64,000 nt of DNA, from the UHGV virus genome UHGV-1367859. The stretch is one strand, 5' to 3'. The stretch comes from a virus. The stretch's first letter is position 1; each line of letters begins with the position of its first letter. Under the pieces are notes generated by a model, which was given only the letters and a program-made list of their open reading frames with translations, was not told the DNA's origin and ran no database searches. The position numbers and the translations under genes are program-made. This document shows positions 57,501 through 64,000 of the stretch, one piece after another.

Positions 57501-58904
57501 TTTTCCCCCACAAAGGGTGAAGTAACAGTAACTAATATACCAGTTGATGAGTACATGCCTATATATAAGGTTAAATTAGCTGATGGCAGAATTGTAGAAG
57601 CTAGTAATAATCATATATGGCTAGTATATAAAGGAACTTCTAGAACTCCTATCGAAATTACTACAGAAGAAATGCTTAGGTCAGGGTTAATAACTAAACA
57701 CAAGCAACATAAGTTTTTTATACCTGAGCATAATGGGGTTGATTATAGTTATAAAGAATTGCTCATAGACCCCTATACTATGGGTTTATTGCTTTCTGAA
57801 GGGAGTCTAACAGGAGGTCATTGTGGCAAAAATTATGTACAGATGTCCTCTTCTAGGGAAGATATGGATTTCTACAAAAAGAATATCCCATATAGAGTTA
57901 ACTATATTGGTAACAAGGGGTACTCTTGGCATATTTATATTCCAGGATGTAGAGATATAATGACTAAATATGGGTTATATGGAGCTACAAGTCACACTAA
58001 GTTCATTCCAAATGAATATCTTTTCAGTAACTATGTTCAGAGAATGGAACTACTGAGGGGAATAATGGATGGAGATGGGTGTGCCAGAACTAGGGGGGCT
58101 AGTGTATTTATTACATGCTCACAGTCACTTGCAAATAATGTATTATCCTTAGCTAGAAGTTTAGGGATGAAAGCATGGCTTCAGACTCCTAAAGAAGGGG
58201 TATATAGAGTGTTGATATCTTCCATATATAAGATATTCAAACTCCCTAGGAAAGTAGTGGAGCAACATACTTATAAGCCTTATAGTAAAGGAAGTAGAGC
58301 CTCAGCTATATTAGGAAAGACTGCGATAGATAGTATTAAATATTCTCACATGGAAATGGGCAAATGTGTCACTGTAGACTCAGATGATGGACTATATATG
58401 ATAGGAGATTATGTAGTAACTCATAATTGTAATAAGAAAGGACTATATGCCTATTTCAATAAAATGAATTGCACACACCTACTGGCAGATACTCCTGAAT
58501 ATTTAAGAGACAAACAGATGATTAAGTATTCTGCCTTTGGCTCAAATGCAAAAGGTATCAATGCGAATGCTACTATCAACAATTATGCTAATAACCTGAT
58601 AAGGGATTGGCTACTTCAGCCAGTTCCAACTATAATAAAGGAGGATGGAGAAGAGAAAGAGGTCAATATTCCAAGGCTCTATTCTCTAAGAAATAGAGCA
58701 TTACTTGAAGAGTTAATTTCCTACACTCCTGAACTTAATGTGGATAGAATCAGGGCATTAGGTATGGTTATGCTGTATAGACAAGAGAAGATTATACTGT
58801 ATAGAGATAATCTTAATGCTAAGGCACAGGAGGAAGTCAGTAGTTCATACTTAGGCAATGATTCTTTCTTCCAAAGGAATTACTCCCAAGGGTATATACA
58901 GTAA
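54576..58904 (+). CDS. terL: terminase large subunit, one 1443-codon frame containing 3 in-frame TAG codons and two inteins
   Basis: ORF-track ORFs 54576..56159, 56229..57269 and 57384..58904 share one frame, separated only by TAG at 56157, 56199, 57267. Walker A-like ELAKRGCAKSYS, Walker B WILFEEMG, nuclease motif IIGHDPVDND. Start may lie further upstream (frame open from 54480). Confidence 0.7.
55557..56678 (+). mobile_element. intein 1 in TerL (LAGLIDADG type), itself containing two in-frame TAG codons
   Basis: Starts CVCAGTKVWTLDG (block A), block B STDHPIL, LAGLIDADG motifs LIGDGSYG and LSGLYDTDGSIS, ends NNIVTHN|T. Inserted at ...ATMYLVG|TAAED near the ATPase coupling motif. Confidence 0.7.
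57441..58427 (+). mobile_element. intein 2 in TerL (LAGLIDADG type) in the nuclease domain
   Basis: Block B EASNNHIWLV, LAGLIDADG motifs LLSEGSLTGG and IMDGDGCA, ends GDYVVTHN|C. N-terminal boundary uncertain (Ser 57441 or Cys 57411). Confidence 0.6.
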
Positions 58905-59004
58905 ATTTAGCAAAAAAGAGTACTAAGACTTAATATTTTACTTATGGGCTTGCACAAGTTAAAGGTTTTGCTTACCTTTGCAGCACATTTAAGTTGAAGA
59001 ATAT

Positions 59005-61404
59005 ATGAGTGATTTCACAAATTTACCCCCACAACAACTGCCATTCTCCAGAAAGAATAAGGCTTGGAGAAAGAAGCACCTTGACTGGGCTGGCTCTAAG
59101 ACATTTTTCAACTATTCTTTGGTAAGGAAGAGTGTGATACATAAGAAAATCAACTATGATTTACTTAATGGTAGGCTTCACATGAGTGACCTTGCAATGG
59201 TATTGAACCCTGATAACATAAAGGCAGGTTACATACCTGAAAGGATTCAACATTACCCTATAATGAATAGTAAGCTGAATGTTCTTAGGGGAGAAGAGTC
59301 CGATAGAGTATTTGACTATAGGGTAGTTGTAACTAATCCAAATGCTATTTCTGAAATAGAGAATAATAAAAAGCAGGAATTACTTGCAAGAGTTCAGCAA
59401 CTATTAGCTGAGGAGACTCAATCAGAGGAAGAGTTCAATGCAGAGCTTGAAAAACTCAATGACTTCTTTACTTTTGAGTGGCAAGACATGAGAGAGGTAA
59501 GAGCCAATGCTCTCCTTAATCACTACTCTAAAGAGCTTAATTTCCCCTTCCTCTTTAACCAAGGTTTTACTGATGCAATGGCAGTAGGTGAAGAGATTTA
59601 CCAATGTGATATTGTAGGTGGTGAACCTATCATAGAAAGACTAAATCCTCTTAAAGTCAGAGTATTCAAGTCAGGATATAGTAACAGGATTGAGGATGCT
59701 GATATGATTGTACTTGAGGACTATTGGAGTCCTGGTAAAATCATAGACACTTATTATGATGTCCTTACCAAAAAGGACATGGAGTACATAGAAAAGATGC
59801 CCAATAACACAGACCAAGTAACTGACTCTATGGATAACATAGATGATAGAATGGGGTTTGTAAATGGGCACATGATAGGGGAAGAATTTACTTCTCAGGA
59901 AGGTTTCTTCTGGGACCCCATAGGAATGACAGATGGTGTAGGCACTTCACTTCTTCCTTTTGATGTTGCAGGAAATATAAGGGTACTTAGAGTTTACTGG
60001 AAATCAAGAAGGAGAATTAAGAAAGTTAAGTCTTACGACCCTCAGACAGGTGAAGAGGTATTTAATCTCTACCCAGAAACTTACGTTATAGATAAGGACA
60101 AAGGTGAGGAGGAAAAGATATTATATATCAATGAAGCCTGGGAAGGGACAAAGATAGGTAATGACATCTATGTCAACATGAGACCTAGAGTAGTTCAGTA
60201 TAACAGACTATCCAATCCTTCAAGGTGCCATTTTGGTATTATAGGTTCTATCTATAACCTTAATGACAACAAGCCTTTCTCTCTTGTTGATATGATGAAG
60301 CCCTATAACTATCTCTATGATACAATTCATGATAGGCTCAACAAGCTAATCTCAAGAAACTGGGGTATGCTTATTAACCTTGACCTTGCTAAGGTTCCTA
60401 AAGGATGGGAGATAGAGAAATGGATGTACTTTGCTAAGACTAATGGTATTGTAGTTACAGATAGTTTTAAGGAAGGCAATATTGGTGCTGCTACAGGTAA
60501 GCTTGCAGGTGCTCTTAACAATGCAAGTTCTGGAGTTGTCAATGCTGAACTTGGTAATACTATACAGCAATATACCAATCTTCTTGAGTTTATCAAGATG
60601 GAAATGTCTGATGTGGCTGGTATTTCTAGGCAAAGAGAAGGTCAGATAAGTAATAGAGAGACTGTTGGTGGTGTCGAAAGAGCTACCTTACAATCTTCTC
60701 ATATAACTGAATGGCTCTTTATCATACATGATGATGTAAAGAAGAGGGTTCTTGAGGCATTCCTTGAAACAGCTAAGATAGCTTTAAGAGGCAGAAGTAA
60801 GAAGTTCCAGTATATTCTTTCTGATAATTCAAGTAAGGTTATGGACATAGATGGAGATGAGTTCTCTGAAAATGATTATGGCCTTGTTGTAGATAATAGT
60901 AATGGACTACAGGAGTTACAGCAGAAGATGGATATGCTTGCTCAGGCAGCTTTGCAGAATCAGACTCTTACCTTCTCCACTATCATGAAGCTCTATAATA
61001 GCTCTTCTCTTGCTGAAAAACAGAGAATGGTTGAGAAGAATGAACAGGAGCTTATGCAAAGACAGCAGGAAGCTCAACAGCAGCAATTACAGGCTCAGCA
61101 ACAATAGGCTCAGATGGAAGCTCAGATAAGGGAAGCTGAAATGCAGCTCAAAGATACAATGAATCAGAGAGATAATGAGACTAAGATACTTATAGCAGGT
61201 ATAGGTTCTCAAAGTCAGGAAGATGGCATCCAAGAGCAGGAGTTTTCTGAAGAGGCAAGAGCTAATCTGTTTGAAAAGATGAGAGAGTTTGATGAGAGGC
61301 TCAAACTTGACAGAGAAAGGTTAGCCTTTGATAAGAAGAAAGCTCAAACTGATGCTGAACTCAAAAGAAAATAGATTAATAAGAAACCAAATACTAGTAA
61401 GTAA
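59005..61404 (+). CDS. portal protein (putative), with in-frame TAG at 61105 in a poly-Gln run and TAG at 61372 before the TAA/TGA stops
   Basis: ORF-track ORFs 59005..61107 and 61114..61374 share one frame (...LQAQQQ-TAG-AQMEAQ...). ~790 aa directly downstream of terL. Assignment is positional and size-based. Confidence 0.5.
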
Positions 61405-62318
61405 TGAGAAAATTTGATAATATAATACATTCAAATTCAGCCCCTCCTACCAATAGTCTGTGGCTCCATAATGACAAACTTCAATACCATAACAATGGCA
61501 AATGGACTGATATAATATTAACGATAGGAGAAGACAATCCAGAGGCTAAGTTAAAGTTTGAAGAGAGAGAACTGAGTCCCCTACATGACTATGTACCTGT
61601 TATACTTGTAAATAGAGACCGCGACGCGCCACTCAAAATTTTAGCAACGTTTTATAATGGTCAAGTAACAGCAATTGCCGATGGCAAGGCTATTATTTTC
61701 AATGTAGACTACAATGAGAATTGGCTTGTAAAGGAGACTAGAATTATTGACCTTACTCTACTTCCTACCTATGTTGACCTTGAACTAGGTGACTCTCCTG
61801 AGATTGAAGCATATAATAGAGAACAGCTGTCTAGGGTGGCAGGAACATAGTTCCTTGTTCATGCTGACTATGGCATTGGAGTAGGTTCTTGGTATTATAA
61901 TGCAGGTGGAGAAGCTACCATCACTACAGCATCAGGTAACAGAGTGCATTACATATTAACTGCGGATGGAGCTTGTAGAAGGGATGCTGACCACTTTGAC
62001 CATTCTGAATTATTTTATGATTTAGGGGTTATTAACTTAGCTGAAATAACTCCTACAACTATAATAAATAAAGAGATAACTGACTCTGTAGGGGTGGCTC
62101 AGTTCAAAAAAGCTTCGAATGTAGTTCTGACTGTTCACACTTCAAATGGAGATTTTGAAGTTAATTGCCCTCAGGTTTCAATGGGTCCTATTCAAAAGAC
62201 ATTTAATAGTCCTAGCATTGTAGCTGGTAATGAAGATAGTTGGAATTATCTTAAGATAATAGCTAACATCCAAACTGACCCAAGCAAAGTATTAATCACT
62301 ATTGAGGCAATGCAATGA
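61404..62318 (+). CDS. structural-module hypothetical protein with one in-frame TAG (61848)
   Basis: ORF-track ORFs 61404..61850 and 61944..62318 share one frame. TGA stop. Confidence 0.45.
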
Positions 62319-63110
62319 GAAAGTTTAGAGCAATAGTACAAACTCCAAAAGAACCATAGGACCATGAAGTCTTATGGTATTGGAAGGGTAATCTACTATA
62401 CTGGAATAATGGAGGTTGGGAACCATTTCATACCAATATTAAAGCTTCAGATATAAAATTTGAGTCTATCTTTTTTGATAATAAAGATAATGTAGATGAG
62501 GTACTAAGGGCATTACTTGAGATAGTTATAAGTAACCAATGGAAAATAGAGAATGCTTTTACAGTAATTGAAGCTGACAATATCCTTACTAATTCATTCT
62601 TTATTGATAGTACTAAGTATTGGTTATCTGAGATTCTTCAACCTTTTACAGTAGGGGCTAAATTTATTAAGGTAGGGAAAGGGTTTCTCTCTAAACAGAG
62701 AGCTAAAGCTGCTGTAATCAGAGAAGATGGAGTTCCTGTATTAGCTGTAAAGGGTTCCACTATACCTTGTACCCTTACTTAGCCTTTCTTATTCTTAAAT
62801 CTGGAAGCAATAGACCCTGATTATAAATTCCCATTCTATGTTACTTTAACATTCAAATTTAAAGGAACTTCATTTGGTAATATAGAAATAGCTACCGTAG
62901 ATTAGGATGGTGAGTCTATTGAAATAAAAGATACTTTGAGAATAGAACCTGATAATAAATGGCACATATATAAAACTACTTTTTTACTTGATAGGTATAA
63001 AGGAATAAGGTTTAATTTAAATGCTGATGTAAGGATAAAGGGGTTAAATATGAGAATGAATGAGGCTAGGACCCTTCATCTCAAGCCAGAAAGTTTAATT
63101 AATAAATAAT
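62319..63110 (+). CDS. hypothetical protein with three in-frame TAG codons, TAA stop
   Basis: Hand translation MRKFRAIVQTPKEP-TAG-DHEVLWYWKGNLLYWNNGGWEPF...-TAG-...-TAG-...LINK-TAA. No ORF-track entry because TAG splits it below cutoff. Confidence 0.4.
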
Positions 63111-63152
63111 GTAGATATGACTAAATAGGAAAAGGATGAACTATTTAATGAG

Positions 63153-64000
63153 TTGCTAGCTTTTCTCTCTAGGTCTTCAGTAAGTGTTGAAGACCTTCCA
63201 GAGGCTGGCAGCTTAGATGATGTGAATAGTTTTCCTGCATATAAGAAAGACTCTAAGGAGCTGGTAACCATTCCTTCTAGTGCTCTTAAAGAAGCTTCAA
63301 ATAAAGCTGATGCAGCTGCTCAGTCTGCACTTAGTGCATCTTAGCAATGTATGATTGCTGGAGCTAATGCTAACAATGCTGTATAGAGAGTCAACTAGAC
63401 CTTGAATTCTTTGCCTGGTTAGGTAGAAACACTGGTTAATAATTCTACTAGTGCACAGTCTAATGTAAATTCTAGAATTATTAATTTCTATACAAGTAGA
63501 CCTTCTTCTAATGCACTTGAATTAGAAATAACTGTATCAGAAAATGATTATAGAACTTTTGAATAGCTTCTGGAAGAAGAGTATGACTATGCTGATAGTT
63601 ATGACCATAGACCAATAATATTTACAGTTCTACAGAATAATGGTGTACCTAAGTATAGGAAGATTGTTTATGACAATAACCTTAGGGATAGTTAGAACTA
63701 TATTGACTATGACTTAAGTGGACTTCATGAGAGAATAGATACTCTTGACAGTAGGGTTCCTTATGATGCAGGAATAATAGAACTAGATTTAGTAAGTCAA
63801 GGAGAAACAACTTCCAAACAGGAAACTTTATTGCCTTCTAATAAAAATTATTTCAAATTTATAGAGATACTAGAATAGAGGGATAATAGGACTGTGCTAT
63901 GTACTATTGTCCCATCTAAAACTTAGGTAGGAAGTCCTTATACTGGTTTCAGATTCTTATGTTCTCTTCATAAGGATGGCTATGACTGGTCTATTCTTAC
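63153..64000 (+). CDS. hypothetical structural-module protein, frame open to window end with >=10 in-frame TAG codons and no TAA/TGA
   Basis: ORF-track ORF 63153..63344 continues in frame through repeated TAGs (…LSAS-TAG-QCMIAGANANNAV-TAG-…) to position 64000. Confidence 0.4.

Noticed and set aside
1-64000. CRISPR arrays, integrase/attachment sites, rRNA genes
   Set aside because: No direct-repeat/spacer periodicity seen. No tyrosine or serine recombinase motifs in any ORF. No rRNA-like conserved stretches. tRNA fragments are not flanked by an integrase.

Overview
This window reads as a large stretch of a Bacteroidetes-infecting, crAss-like (Crassvirales-type) phage genome. About 34% GC; five spots carry the Bacteroides sigma-A promoter architecture TTG-N20-TAnnTTTG. 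Left ~42 kb is almost all minus-strand: two giant ORFs (one carries an RNAP-like DFDVD catalytic-loop signature), a nucleotide-metabolism/replication module (intein-bearing ThyX, thioredoxin, family-A DNA polymerase, dUTPase, NrdD/NrdG, UDG, primase, DnaB-like and SF2 helicases, P-loop ATPase), an E2-like/JAB/E1 ubiquitin-like-conjugation cassette, a lysis-like cluster, then tRNAs with an HNH endonuclease. Right ~21 kb is plus-strand: ~24 tRNA genes in arrays (with a second HNH gene, an Amidase_2 endolysin and an FTR-like Cys-rich ORF embedded), a separately promoted amber-suppressor tRNA(CUA) with glutamine-type identity, then a GIY-YIG endonuclease, GroES-like protein, a large terminase carrying two LAGLIDADG inteins, portal and structural genes. 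Most plus-strand protein genes carry in-frame TAG codons and end in TAA/TGA; every minus-strand gene end checked uses TGA/TAA and none needs an internal TAG. This fits TAG-to-Gln recoding of the late module. tRNA coordinates and anticodons come from manual folding (+/-3 nt). Protein calls are motif-based, with no database searches run.
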